This document shows positions 36,702-50,239 of a stretch of 64,000 nt of DNA, piece by piece (the first letter of the stretch is position 1; each line of letters starts with the position of its first letter). Made by a program: the position numbers and the translations under genes. Below the pieces are notes generated by a model that saw only the letters and a program-made list of their open reading frames with translations, did no database searches and was not told where the DNA came from. Location: the NCBI RefSeq assembly GCF_964355755.1, contig NC_092672.1, positions 33,672,437 to 33,736,436 of the forward strand, read 5' to 3'. The stretch is from Antedon mediterranea. Taxonomy: Eukaryota > Animalia > Echinodermata.

Positions 36702-38733
36702 TTAAGTGTCTATTGCAATATATTTTCCATTTTTACCGCAGAAGAAGGAAGAGTTAATTGTAGTTACACCTTATTTCCTTATTAGAATCACCGAATGGCA
36801 AACCCTCGTAAACTTGGTAAATTGTACAATAGTTCTCTTGTTTATGGAATGAAAGGGACACGTTAATTGTTGAAAATATTACTAGTCCTTTTTATCGCAG
36901 AATAAGGATAGTGAAGTGTTGTTGTTACACCTTATTTCCAATTAAAAGCACCAATCAGGAAAAACCCTCGTAAATGGTAAAATAATTCTCTTGTTTATAG
37001 AATGAAAGGGGCACGTTAATTGATGAAATTATTACTATAGTCTTCTTTTTTCATTACCGCAGAAGAAGAAGCGTTAATTGTTACCGGTAGGCCTCACCTT
37101 ATTTCCAGTTAGAAACAGCGAACTTTCAAAATTGTATAACATATTGCCCTTGTTTATAGAATGAAAACATTTGACGAAGATCTAGAGGCTCGTTTCCACT
37201 CGTCGAATTTTTTCGGGCGAATCGAGCTTGTACGCATGCGTAGAGGAATTGGAAGATTAAAACATACGCATGCGTATAAGCTGACGCTTTTGATTTACGC
37301 GTACAAATTCGCATTTCAGTGTGATTAACATAAATTATAGTCGGTTAATACACTTCATATACAGATTGATGTTACAGATACATTTATTCATGAAATAACA
37401 AATAAAAAAGTTAGTTTACAAAATAATATTTTAAGTTTAAAACCGTAAAAAAAGATAATGAGGGGAGAAGATAAAAAAAGTACGGTAGTAATTACCAACA
37501 ATTGCAGTTCATTATGAAAGAAAACACAAAACAAAAGAAATAATAGCCTCGAGAAAAAAAGAAACGCACACAAAAAAATATATAATATAAATCGGCAAGC
37601 GTAGCCTCGAAAAGCCAACATAAAAGCACGGCCAGATTTCATTTGCATTAACCAATGGATTGATATTCTGATAACAAATCTACACAATCAATTTTTTATT
37701 TGCAAAACATAGATGAAAGAAGTGTCCCCTTTTCATTTTGAATTATTCCTGAATTCGCTTCTAATGTCCTTCCTTGTGGCTTCAACCATACATGGCTCTA
37801 TTCCTGATCCTCCTCGCTATTTTTTTTTTCTTTTTTCAATTAACATTAATACAGTGGACTACCTTTTGTTGTTCTAACCGTTCATTGAAGTAAACTCCAT
37901 ATCATTTGGTAAACTTCTCTTGAATTTACGTTTATCCTTTGTTCTTTCAAGGATAAAAGCTTTCATAATAAGTGTGCCAAAGTCTGGAAAAAAAACGGCA
38001 CCAACTAATGACAATACCAAAGTAATGTTTAATTATTATATCAAGATAAAAGATAGGTACAGTATAGGCGTATATTGGGAGGGCAGGTAAATAAATACGA
38101 CTTTCACTCGTTTAACTTTTAATACAAATATTAATAATGTTCAGGACTAGCCCATACCTTTTTAATCGACATAATATAACATAATGGCGATTACAGTGCC
38201 CTTCCGAAATAAAAACTCAATACAATTAGTTTTGTATTGTTAAACTACTGTAGAGCAGTTTTGCGTCAGGGAGTTTAGTAATTGGTCAGATGTTTTGCCC
38301 TACTCTGACGTAATTTGTGCTTTATACTAAGTACATTTGAGAATACCAACTTGATCTGGAGGTCGTGGGTTCGACGTCCCAACCGAGAATTACTTGCGAA
38401 TTTTTTCGCTGGTATTCTCAAATGTACTTAGTATAATGTACAAATTACCTCAGAGTAGGGCAAAACATCTGACCACAATTAGTTTTAGTACAGTACTGTA
38501 CACATCGGGCTGCTGTTTTGTATGTATCAGTTTCTATAAATTGACTACGAAAATAATATTTAAATTATTATAAGAAACAATATTCTAGATATTTTTTAAT
38601 TGAAATGCATAAGTGGCGTACCATACTTACGATTATGTAATTTTAGGTCGCGAATGAGGTCATCTTTCAAGAAGTCAAAAAATTGAATAAACTGTAAAAA
38701 GTGGACGTCAGTGAACGTTACTTTTATGTAATT

Positions 38734-41700
38734 ATGGCCTTGGCGAGCAGTTTAGGACGTATTTTGTCTCGTAGATTTGATAGTATTGCGTATAATGTAA
38801 GTTAATTAACATATTCGGTTTTTTTTTAAATTATTTCCTTAAAGAGTACACATTTATTTACTGTTATAAGCTAGGCCTAGGCCAAGAATCAAGACTGATG
38901 ATTGTCGGTAATAACACAATATCGACCGACCGTGTTCCTGTTTTATAAGATGTGTTACTTTAGACGCGAGCCTAGAGGGTTAGGCCTAGGCCTAAACCAG
39001 AAAACCAAACTTATAAACGTATCTAATATTTCTATTATATAGGTCAAAGACTAATTAAAATACTGTAGTATATTTATTATCTATTATTATTTAGTTTAAA
39101 AAATGTAAACTTTTTTGTGTTTTTTCAATTTTGTAGGCAGTAAGACAATCTCAAACTGCTGCAGAAAAACAACAAAATGAGGAGAAAATCAAACAGTTTT
39201 CTATTTACAGATGGGTAAATATTTCATAAATTAATAATTAAGATGTATTGTAGGCCTAGTATATTAATACTATTAATATTTTTCTTATTTTACCACTTTG
39301 CAAGTGCATATTATTATTATTAAATTAACAAGAATAACATTGCAAACAGTATGTTGTCTCAATATCAGCAGTTGGTAAAATTTTTTTTCTTTTATGACAG
39401 GACCCTGACAAACAAGGTGATAAGCCACGAATGCAAGTCTACGATGTGGACTTAAATTCGTAAGTTTTAATATTTTGAAAACAAATTTTTGTTTCTGGCT
39501 TTTTGGACAGTGCAGAGTTATCCTAAAGGGTGTAGAAATGGGATCGCTATCAACATGGTGGTCAACTGTGTATAAAAGTTTTTTATATAGGCACAGTTGA
39601 CCATGCTGATTCAAAAACAAATAATAGTTCATCGAGACCTACAACAACTAACATCTTATCCTACATATTCTAAACTTGTTTTTCAATTTTGTTTTTTCTG
39701 AATTTTGATATATTTTTTTTTTTGCAGATGTGGTCCTATGGTGCTTGATGCCCTGATTAAAATCAAGAATGAAATTGACCCAACATTGACCTTTAGAAGG
39801 TCATGTCGTGAGGGTATATGTGGGTCATGCGCTATGAACATAGGTGGTGTTAACACACTAGCCTGCATATGGTTAGTTGAAAATTATTTGCTTTTTAGTT
39901 CAAAGGTCAGTTGGGTCATTTCAGGTCAAATTAATTTAATATTCAGGTTTCAATTGAAGGAAATTTATTACAGTAAATCCTTGTCTACACTATCAAACTT
40001 TATTTGACACAAAAAAAAAAATGTGCCCTGTCCATATGGACATGATAATGTCATATAACTACTATATTTGAAAATATCACTACCATATTTGGAAATATCA
40101 CTACCATATTTGGAAATATCACTACCATATTTGGAAATATCACAACCATATTTGCGCACATTTTGTCAAACTAGATCAAACCCTTCACATTGCCTAGGAA
40201 AAATCCAGAGTTTACACACTGGGGTACACATACAAAAAGCACAGCAGTATTAATGAACTGGTTTATAATAAATCTTCAACTTAGTTTTGTAGGTGATGTG
40301 TACTAAGAGCATTTATAGCATCTGCTCCAAGTTATTATTTCCTGATTATACACTTATTATTCTAATACCTTGTTTGTGTTTTTTTTTTATTGTATTACCT
40401 TTCAGTCGGATAGATGCAAACCAAAGTAAGGCAACAAAGATATACCCACTACCTCACATGTATGTAGTGAAGGATTTGGTACCAGTAAGTATAGTACATT
40501 TTACTGTACATGTTGTGTATTTTGTAACAGTCATAGAGCAGTGTAGAACCTCTCTTTTGGGACACTATTAGGAGACACTTTTGAAGGAGAGACAATTATG
40601 TTTTTTAACACAACAGCCAACCTCTATTTAGGGGACACCCTATAAAGGTAAAACTTTGTTGGGTCACAAAGTTATTCTACTGTAAAGCTGTATGTTAATT
40701 TTTTGTACCTAGAAGACAGCTTGAGCATGTTCATGTTTTTTACAATAAATTAATAATGTTGATTATTTTTGTAGGACATGAGTAATTTCTACGCCCAATA
40801 TAAAGCCATTGAACCATACCTCAAGAAGAAAGGAGATATGAAATATGGAGAGAAACAAAACCTTCAATCAATTGAAGATAGAGAAAAATTAGTAAGGTTT
40901 TAAGTTTATTAGGAGCTATCTAATTTTCTTTACTCATAAAGACATCTAAAGCTCTGTCTACACTATCAAACTAGTTTGACGAAAAAAAGTGTGATGTGCC
41001 CAAATTTGGTAGTGATATGACATCATCGTGTCTATATATGGGCACGTAACATATTTTTGGCGCGTAAGGTTTCATTCATTCATTTATCAGTGAAAAATTA
41101 CTTCCATTTATTGTCATTTGCATATAAAAGTTTGATAGTGTAGACAGAGCTTTACTCTAAAAAACTAAACTAAATACAGAACTAAATCTCTTCTGAGGAT
41201 GCTTGTCTATATAACATTTGAAATTATCTTGAATTGAATACAGTAATTGGAGGTGTGGTTTGGTAATCCTGCAGCTTGTCAATCAATCTCAGGGTCATGT
41301 GTTCAAAGGTCATTCAAATCCTGTTTTATAAAGCATTTTTTTCCTCACAAATAAAACTGACTTGATGTTGAACTGAATATAAGCAACCAGTTTTAATCTA
41401 TTTTTTTTTATTCAATCAGCTGTTGTATTGTATTTACTACATGTACTTTTACCCATTTTAATTTTTTAATTACTTTTTTATTTCATACGAATCCAACAGC
41501 AATCACGAACTCGCCAATTACAAGATGGATAAACTATTTTTAATTTATTGTGTTTATAAATTAAGTCCCATTTGAGGCGTACGTAGGGAGTGGCGTTGAA
41601 ATAGTCAGTTACAACCCTTGCACTAGGTCAGGATTAGAACTCGGATTGATTGATTAACGCAAGCGCGTTATCCACCAAGCTACAGCTCCACTATATATTT

Positions 41701-42306
41701 ATATTGTTAATATTCTAGCAATTTATCAATTTCTGAGATCAATAAATTGTACTGATTATTCTTTCAGGATGGTCTGTACGAATGTATTTTGTGTGCCTGT
41801 TGCAGTACGTCATGTCCCAGCTACTGGTGGAACAGTGATAAATATCTAGGCCCAGCAGTGTTGATGCAGGCCTATCGATGGATGATAGACAGTAGGGACG
41901 AGTACCAACAGGAGAGGGTAGCTAAGCTAGAAGATCCCTTCTCTCTATATAGATGCCATACAATTATGAATTGTACAAAAACTTGTCCTAAGGTTTGCTT
42001 ATTGATCAATTTTAAAATTTCTTCTGAAACAGTCAGTCTTTCAACCCGTGAAAATATTCTTTCTATTCCACTAATTAAAATATTCTTTCCATTCCACTCA
42101 TTAAAACATTCTTTCCATTCAACTCATGAAAATATTCTGTTTATTCAATTCATTCATTATTTTGTATATTCTATGTATTGTATGTCAAATTAAATATGAA
42201 TAATATAATAATTTCATTTCAGGGGTTGAACCCAGGTCGTGCTATTGCAGAGATCAAGAAGTTATTGGCGTCATATAATAAAGGAGAAGCCGAGGCGAGA
42301 GCATAA
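38734..42306 (+). CDS. SDHB: Succinate dehydrogenase iron-sulfur subunit; exons 38734-38796, 39137-39214, 39401-39459, 39728-39871, 40406-40484, 40775-40891, 41768-41992, 42223-42306
   Basis: Motifs [80 protein letters not shown] and [17 protein letters not shown]; GT-AG junctions in frame. Confidence 0.97.
40950..41151. mobile_element. Harbinger-type MITE; related copies at about 39980-40190 and 58514-58673
   Basis: TIR agctctgtctacactatcaaact flanked by TAA/TTA. Confidence 0.75.
41490..41692 (-). mobile_element. tRNA-derived SINE, family A, copy 3 (SDHB intron)
   Basis: Minus strand gtggagctgtagcttggtggataacg...gagttctaatcc, followed by the body shared with 2140-2335. Confidence 0.65.
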
Positions 42307-43351
42307 ATTGATGATAATACAGACAATATTTTAATTAGCTTGTATTAATATTCATAAGTACATTATTTTCAAAACTTGATTAAACATGGGTTAATTTTAT
42401 GGTACAGAATACATACCTGTAAATAACTGGTCACAGAAATATTCAGATTACTAGGCTCACTGTATAGTCTCTATTTAATTTACTGTATGTTTTGAGTATA
42501 ACTTATACAAGGTTAGTTATTCTTGCAGTTTAGTTCTCTTAACCCTGAAATTCATAGACAATACACATTTCTGAAAGGAATGTATGTAAAAGATTGCAGA
42601 AAAAGATGTTTAAGAAACAGTACGCTTTGTGCAATTTAATTCTCCATCTTACATTGACTGTGTTCTTTCAGTCACTTAATGCCTACTGTAATTAACATTG
42701 TTTTGTTAATGTTAGTATGTGATGAGCAATCGTTGACTTTAATTTAACCCTACTCTTTGTCTTTTGAATTTGAATGCAGTGAATTGTAATTAACAGTATA
42801 AAAAGGAATAAATAATTATTGTTCATAAAAGAATACACCTTTTTTTGCAGTATTTTTTTGTCTGTCAGTACTTTTAAGATGCTTAAAATTAAACACTCGC
42901 TAGATTAAAAACTATTTTGTTCATTGTACAGTATAACAAACAAATGACAAGAACATATTAATATTTCTAAAGTAATTTATTACGTTCTGTAAAATGATAA
43001 AATCAATGTATTAGTTGAATGAAATTCACAACAAATATTAAAATGTAAAGAACTTTATAATAATAACTTTATTAATAATTTTAATTTATTAGGATCATTT
43101 TAAATTAGTTGTTACAGAATGTAATTAAAAAAATCTTAGAAGAGAAAACAAAAATCAAAAACCATTTTTATGATAAAGTGGTTTACAATACAAGCTTGAT
43201 GCTTGTTTTTAAACATTTTGTGTTTGGTTCGATTCAAGTTTAGCTCAATTTAGAAAAAGAACAATTAAAATTGGCTAATCCTGGCAAGTGAAATTATTGA
43301 ATTTTTCTTTCTCCGAGTCTTGCAAGATGGAAATGTATGGCGCCCTTAATT

Positions 43352-44362
43352 CTACTCAATGCCCGGCAATGTCCCACTGAACATGACGCTAGCCACGTAA
43401 AGTAATCCAAAAGCTAAATTTAACTTCGAAGTCCTTTGTGGCATTTCTTTCAAAACATTCCTTCGAAAATCCTTTTCAAGTTTAAACGCCATTGGTAAAG
43501 TTAGAAGTGGAAGGAAGAAACTCTTTGAGAAGTTGAATGCCAACACAGCGAACATCAAATATGGAACAAACAGGAGCAGAACGTACAAGACGTAAGAACC
43601 TGTACGGCCAAGAAGAATAGCTATGGTTACCACTTTTGATTTCTTATCTAGGTTCATATCTCTAGTGTTATTGCTATGCAATATTGCCTCTGTGTTCAGC
43701 GCCAGCGGTACAGCATAAAGTAAAGGCGCAAGTGAGAAGTGCCCGACTTGAACAAGGAACGTGAACATAACAGCAAGCGGACCGAATGTTATTAAAATAA
43801 TGACATCGCCTAGAGCTACATATTTAAAACCGATGCCACCTGTGTACAAAAACGATCCAGAGAGTCCGCAGAAAAACACAAGCGCAATCTGTTCTAATTT
43901 AGCAGGCGATATCATGACTAGAATCGCAAGACACAAACATCCAACAGCGTATAAAATTGCTCCAAATGTAGCAACATTGTTCGGTTTTAAAATCCCATCA
44001 ACCAGCGTTCGATCATCACTACGTTTACTGTCAATTCCTTTTCTAAAATCACAGTAAGTGTTCACTAAATTTCCAGCACCGTGAACTGAAAGAACAGCCA
44101 TGCATGCTAAAAATCCCTGATGAAGATTCCATAGATCTGTTACCTTATAGGCCAAGGCACTCCCTAAAAATACAGGCGTCAGCGAAGCACTAAACGACCA
44201 CGGTCGTAAAGCGAGAATGTAACTGCTTACTGCGACAACGTTGGAGTTGGTTGGCCTACTAGGCCTAGCCCTAGGCTTGCCGTCATTGTCTTTTGAATTG
44301 TTTGCAGACGGTGAAGAATACCCATTTTTCTTTTCATCGGCATATGTTTCTCGCCCCGCCAT
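43352..44362 (-). CDS. UBIAD1: UbiA prenyltransferase domain-containing protein 1 (intronless CDS)
   Basis: Motifs [30 protein letters not shown]...[23 protein letters not shown] and [11 protein letters not shown]; ATG at 44362. Confidence 0.96.
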   Translation of the reverse strand: MAGRETYADEKKNGYSSPSANNSKDNDGKPRARPSRPTNSNVVAVSSYILALRPWSFSASLTPVFLGSALAYKVTDLWNLHQGFLACMAVLSVHGAGNLVNTYCDFRKGIDSKRSDDRTLVDGILKPNNVATFGAILYAVGCLCLAILVMISPAKLEQIALVFFCGLSGSFLYTGGIGFKYVALGDVIILITFGPLAVMFTFLVQVGHFSLAPLLYAVPLALNTEAILHSNNTRDMNLDKKSKVVTIAILLGRTGSYVLYVLLLFVPYLMFAVLAFNFSKSFFLPLLTLPMAFKLEKDFRRNVLKEMPQRTSKLNLAFGLLYVASVMFSGTLPGIE

Positions 44363-44492
44363 TGTTTTCACACAAAAATTGTATTAAAATAACATTTAGG
44401 CTCTAGCCTATCCTAGATTAATTATTTCCTCACTCGGCGCGCCTCTGACCTTCTTGCAGAATTTTGGATTTTTCCAAATTTCTGAATTTCGT

Positions 44493-45318
44493 CAAAGAAT
44501 ATATATCACAAGAATGAGTATTCCGCGATTTTCCCTGTAACAGTAATATTGTCCATGTGGTAGGGCGCCGCCATAAGTGTGGATGTATCTGGGATGTATA
44601 CAACTTTTTGTGACGGTTTCAATAATCAAAGGCTAGACCACCGGTAGTATTTTCATGATAAAAAATGTTATCAACTACATGCCAACATCATGTTAAATAC
44701 TATTTGGATATTTAATTGTTCGTTTTATGCAATTTATTTAGTAAAAACTGCCGTATAAACAGTTTGCTTTATCAACCGGGCGCTACGATAGCGTGACCGG
44801 GCGTGTTGGTGTTTACGCGTTTTCACGAAGGATTGTTTAATAATATTCCTATATTTAACTTGTTTCTGGTAAAACAAATAAATGTTAATAACATTTAACA
44901 TTTTGTCCTATTAATAACATGTATTTTATACTAATTTATATCATAAAAACAATACTTAATTTACCGGGCGTAGAGTAGTACACGGCAATGGTAAAGAATA
45001 GGCCGTGCTGAGTAACGATTCATTGATTTTTGGTGTTGCTGTGTTAGGCCTTTTTTGTGAACTAACTTAGCATGTTAGTAAATAATTGTCTGTAAAAGTG
45101 AATGTACACTAGTTTGTTAATAAATATGTATTATAAAATAGTTTACAATTGCAAAAACTATTATCATAATTCTATTTAATGTGACATGTATAATATCTAT
45201 TAAATCAAGTCTTATTTAGTATGTATACATCCGGCGGGCATCACTCACTGGAGCTCTCTGTTACAAATTTCTCATGCAAAAATCGCGGAATACTCATTCT
45301 TGTGATATATATTCTTTG
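44493..45318. mobile_element. P-like MITE (CA..TG ends, 7-bp TSD ATTTCGT, ~40-bp perfect TIR) about 130 bp upstream of the UBIAD1 ATG
   Basis: TIR caaagaatatatatcacaagaatgagtattccgcgattttt; TSD at 44486-44492 and 45319-45325. Confidence 0.85.
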
Positions 45319-45333
45319 ATTTCGTGAATAGAG

Positions 45334-47391
45334 CAGCGTTGCCAGCGATAAAATTTAAATTATGCCGTATCCTGTCTCAAATAATGCCAGATTGGGAAAA
45401 ATAATGCCAGATCCCCAAAATGTGGCCCTAAACAGCGCCACCAACGGTTTTATGTCTAATAAACGTTTGTAAAACCCCAACTGACACAAAATAGGGCCTA
45501 AAATTGTATCCCCATGTCGTACAAAATTTATATTTTTAGTTTTGTGAGTAATAACTAATAATTCTAAATATCTGGGGTGCGAAAATGGTAATTGCAAATG
45601 ACACCAACACCAACCCCCACCCCCCTACCCCACCCAAAAAAAAAAACCTGTTACACAGCCATGGAAATTTATAATTTTTGAACTGAAATATGAGAGCTGC
45701 TCGATGGCCGGGATCTGTGCACTTAATTTCAAATATGAAAGGATCTTAGCCCACCATAATTAGGAAATAGCAATTATAATTTAAAATAGGAAATAAAAAA
45801 AATTATTTTGAGTGTCTCCAGGACCTCAGCCCCACCATGGTTGATAAGAAAATTTGGACAAATACCTACTCGATGGCCGGAAATGGCACTTAATTTAAAA
45901 TATGAAAAAAAATATATTTATTAGTGTCTCTATGATCTTAGCCCACCATAGTTCGAAAATGGCAATTATAATTTAAAATAGGAAATCAAAATATATATTA
46001 ATTGTGTCTCCAGGACCTCGACCCCACCATGGTTGGGGCTGAGGTAAGAAAATATGAAAAAAAATAGAGCTGCTCAATGGTCGGAAATGGCACTTAATTT
46101 CAAATATAAAATAAAAATATATTTATTAGTACCTCCAGGATCTTAGCCCATGATAGTTTTGAAAGTGCCAATTATAATTTAAAATAGGAAATAAACAAAT
46201 ATATTAAGTGTTTCTAGGACCTCAGCCCTACCATGGCATGGGGCTGAGGTAAAACAAATTGGAAAAATAGAGCTGCTAGATGGCCGGAAATGGCACTTAA
46301 TTTAAAATATGAAATCAAAATATATTTATTAGTGTCTCTATGATCTTAGCCCACCATAGTTTGAAAATGGCAATTATAATTTAAAATAGGAAATCAAAAT
46401 ATATATTAATTGTGTCTCAAGGACCTCAACCCCACCATGGTTGGGGCTGAGGTAAGAAAATATGAAAAAAAATAGAGCTGCTCACTCAATGGACGGAAAT
46501 GGCACTTAATTTCATATGTGAAATAAAAATATATTTATTAGTACCTCCAGGATCTTAGCCCACGATAGTTTTGAAAGTGCCAATTATAATTTAAAATAGG
46601 AAATAAAAATATATATTAAGTGTTTCCAGGACCTCAGACCCACCATGGTTGGGGCTGAGGTAAAACAAATTGGGAAAATAGAGCTGCTAGATGGCCGGAA
46701 ATTGCACTTAATTTTATAAAAATGTATAAGAGTCCCTAGGACCTCGCCCCATCATGGTCACTGAGAGGTGAAGAACATTTGGAAATATAGGGTTGCTACG
46801 ACGATGCAAATGGAACATAATTTGAAATATGGAAAACAAATTCTCTAGAAGAAATTCTTTTTAAAATTAGAGCTTCTAGTTACCGGAAATTGCCATTTTA
46901 AGGGTTGGGGTAGGGGTGTGGCCACTTATAATTATGAACTGAAAAAACAAAACCCCTTTCATAATGTTTTCGTTCAATTGTCTCTATATCTGGGGATCCA
47001 ATAACCTGCATGGTCTCTGAAATAGAGCAACATAATTGGCCAATAGCTAGCCTCTTCGGATTTGTTGTGCTGCCTATATCGCACACACGGTAGTTTTCGA
47101 GCAGCCTTCCTATCCGAAGAGTCGATGAAGTCCGGAACGAAAGGATGGAAGAACTATTGTACGGAAAACCCGAACAGATCTGTTTTTACGATATGATATT
47201 GTGTAAGGTGATGTATTAACAAAATATTTTATTTTTGTTCTGTGGTATATTATTTTTTGGGTTGTTCAAAAAACACAAAATTATGCCAGATTATGCTAAA
47301 AACGGCTAAATAATTCCGCGGCATTATGCCAGATGCCGTGGGCCTCCAAATAATGCCAAAAAGCATAATAATGCCAGAAATGGCAACTATG
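45334..47391. mobile_element. hAT-like non-autonomous element (8-bp TSD GAATAGAG) with internal tandem repeats
   Basis: Ends cagcgttgcca..tggcaactatg; TSD at 45326-45333 and 47392-47399; subterminal taatgcca motifs; ~190-210-bp repeats at 45680-46850. Confidence 0.82.
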
Positions 47392-47542
47392 GAATAGAGT
47401 ATGACAAGCCACAATCGGCTTTAGAAAGTCAAAGCAAAGAACTTATAACACAAGAATCTCCTGGTTCGTCCGAAGCGCGTAACAATTTCGAAAGGCATTG
47501 TGGGATAGAATAGAGCTATGGGTGGCGCCATTGTGAGCCATG

Positions 47543-47715
47543 GAGTAGGGCGCCCGCATCAAATTAGAAAGTCAAAATCATAGAGGGGTTCTGCTAATGC
47601 TCTAGGGGGTATAGAGTAATTGACTGAGGAGTAGGGCGCCCGCATCAAATTAGAAAGTCAAAATCATAGAGGGGATCTGCTAATACTCTAGGACGGGGGG
47701 AGGGGGTAGAGTAAT
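47543..47715. repeat. 86-bp tandem duplication
   Basis: gagtagggcgcccgcatcaaattagaaagtcaaaatcatagagggg occurs twice. Confidence 0.85.
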
Positions 47716-48469
47716 TGACTTCCTAGTTTGGAGGGGACGCTGCTCCATGCTGTGAAATGGCGTCGCCCAGTTTGACCTTTTAACCCTGTACTTCCGATAC
47801 TGTGTTTTGAATGCAAATTGAAGAACAGGAGATTCTTGTGTTATAAGTTCTTTGGTCAAAGCAAAATACAAATAAAAACAATTATCCATCGAGTACAGTG
47901 CAATTTGATGTTAGCCTAATTTCAACACAACAATAATATTTATTAAAATATCTGTTTTTGTGCAAAATTCTTCAAGATATCGCGCATGAATTACCGAAAA
48001 CAACTAAAACAAAATTTAAAAAATCTAAATACCGAAAACAAATTTTGTATAATATTTTTATTAATGTCGCCCTCTATTGATGGGTGTTTCTAAAGCTAAG
48101 ACCATACAGAGGCGCAAAAGTCATGGAAGACCCTAAGAAATGTAATGGTAGTGTGCACAAAATACAACTCAAAATCGTACAAATTCAATGAACTACACCG
48201 TAGATTACATTTACTTACAAAATCTATAAACACATTTCGTTTTTAGTCTTTTCAAAAACAAAGCATGATTTTACCAAACTTTGCGTTTTCGTCCCCGGTT
48301 TTCGTCTCACGTATTAAGTCAGTTAAGTAAGGATAAACACGTTATTTACTCGACTACAGTAATTTTACTGAATAGATTTTATTGTGAATCCTTTATAGTG
48401 AGCTTGTTTTAAGTATACTTTATATATATAGTCCCTACCCAGTGGGCAAAAATTGGTTGAATTAACGTT

Positions 48470-49280
48470 AATTCAACGTTATCTGCAAACGTTGAAATAA
48501 CGTTGAAAAAGTGGTTGAAAATGAAAGTTTGCCTCAACGTAAATGTCAACGTTGAATCAACATAGAAATTATCAACGTTGAAACAACGTTAAAATAAGTA
48601 ACGTTGAAATAACGTTGAAAAAATGGTTGAAAATGAAAGTTTGCCTCAACGTAAATGTCAACGTTGAATCAACATAGAAATTATCAACGTTGAAACAACG
48701 TTAAAATAAGTAACGTTGAAATAACGTTGAAAAAATGGTTGAAAATGAAAGTTTGCCTCAACTTAAATGTCAACGTTGAATCAACATAGAAATTATCAAC
48801 GTTGAAACAACGTTAAAATAGGTAACGTTGAAATAACGTTGAAAAAATGGTTGAAAATGAAAGTTTGCCTCAACGTAAATGTCAACGTTGAATCAACATA
48901 GAAATTATCAACGTTGAAACAACGTTAAAATAGGTAACGTTGAAATAACGTTGAAAAAATGGTTGAAAATGAAAGTTTGCCTCAACGTAAATGTCAACGT
49001 TGAATCAACATAGAAATTATCAACGTTGAAACAACGTTAAAATAAGTAACGTTGAAATAACGTTGAAAAAATGGTTGAAAATGAAAGTTTGCCTCAACAA
49101 AAATGTCAACGTTGATTCAACATAGATTTTCAACGTTGAAACAACGTAAAAATGTCTACGTTGAAATTATCAATGTTGATTCAATGTTGAAATTATTAAC
49201 GTTGAAACAACGTAATAATTAAGTTGAAATGAAAATTTGCATCAACGTAAATTTAAACATAGATTTAACGTTGAAATTTG
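48470..49280. repeat. Subterminal array, 112-bp unit, about 6 copies
   Basis: Unit aacgttgaaataacgttgaaaaaatggttgaaaatgaaagtttgcctcaacg... Confidence 0.93.
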
Positions 49281-50239
49281 ATTTGTTGAATTACTATATC
49301 CAATTTGAATCAACGGTTTTAAAGTAGTTAGTAGTAAAGTTACTGTTACGTCGCAGAATCCATCAATAGAGACATTTTATAAATACTGTATATCTTACTA
49401 ATCTTTAATTTCTATAAAAACATAAAATAACATTTAATCAGGTGTTATCAAATACTCAGGCAAAATCCAAGCAACAATCAAATAATGTACGTCCTCACTG
49501 ACAGTTCTCAGGTACCAATGTTAAGTATAAAAAATATACTAATAACCAGTTTGTAATATGTTTGCCAACTAACATGATTGAATAACTATAAATATTCGCT
49601 GATTACAGTAAAACACAATAAATACAACACACGTCACAGGTGCCTTGTGCTAATGTTGCAGAAGTCCAAATGATGGCAATAACACAATACTGTAATTGCA
49701 TTGTTCCGATTAGTCAATAAACAGTTGCCTCGATTCCTGTGTTGACATTGTCCTATGCTTTCCAAAAGTGTGGCAATATTATTTTTCCAAACCTGAAACA
49801 AATTCAATCAAGTTATTGTAGTTTTAAACAAAAATAATACAGTAAAAAATTAATTGTTGAAAGATTTATTGTCCCCAAAAAACATGAACAATGAAGATTA
49901 ATACAATCATACTTTGAATACCTTGCCATTTTGCAATTTTAACAATTTAGATATTCACTTGCCGTAGAAAATAAACAAAAACAATAAAGATTTCACTTAA
50001 CAAAAATACAAAATAAACAGTACATTTAACCAAAAACCAATTGTTTGTTTAAATTGTCCCCCTTTTAAGGTACAAATGCATTTTTTTAAATCTAATTTTT
50101 GGTCAAAGTGAACAACTCTATAGTGACGGCATATTCAACAAAACATTTTAAAAAAAATTGTTCAGTTCAATTATATCTGTAACACATTGTTCAAAAATCA
50201 TACTGTACATAAACAAAAATTCAATTCAGAACATCATTT

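Larger units (their letters stand above)
27612..37445. repeat. Segmental duplication, copy 2 (expanded by the Kolobok-like insertion 32889-36701)
   Basis: Colinear with 4767-24770. Confidence 0.93.

Noticed and set aside
43352-44362. Horizontally transferred bacterial menA or a retrocopy (intronless CDS)
   Set aside because: The motifs are of the animal UBIAD1 type and the gene sits in the conserved position next to MTOR.
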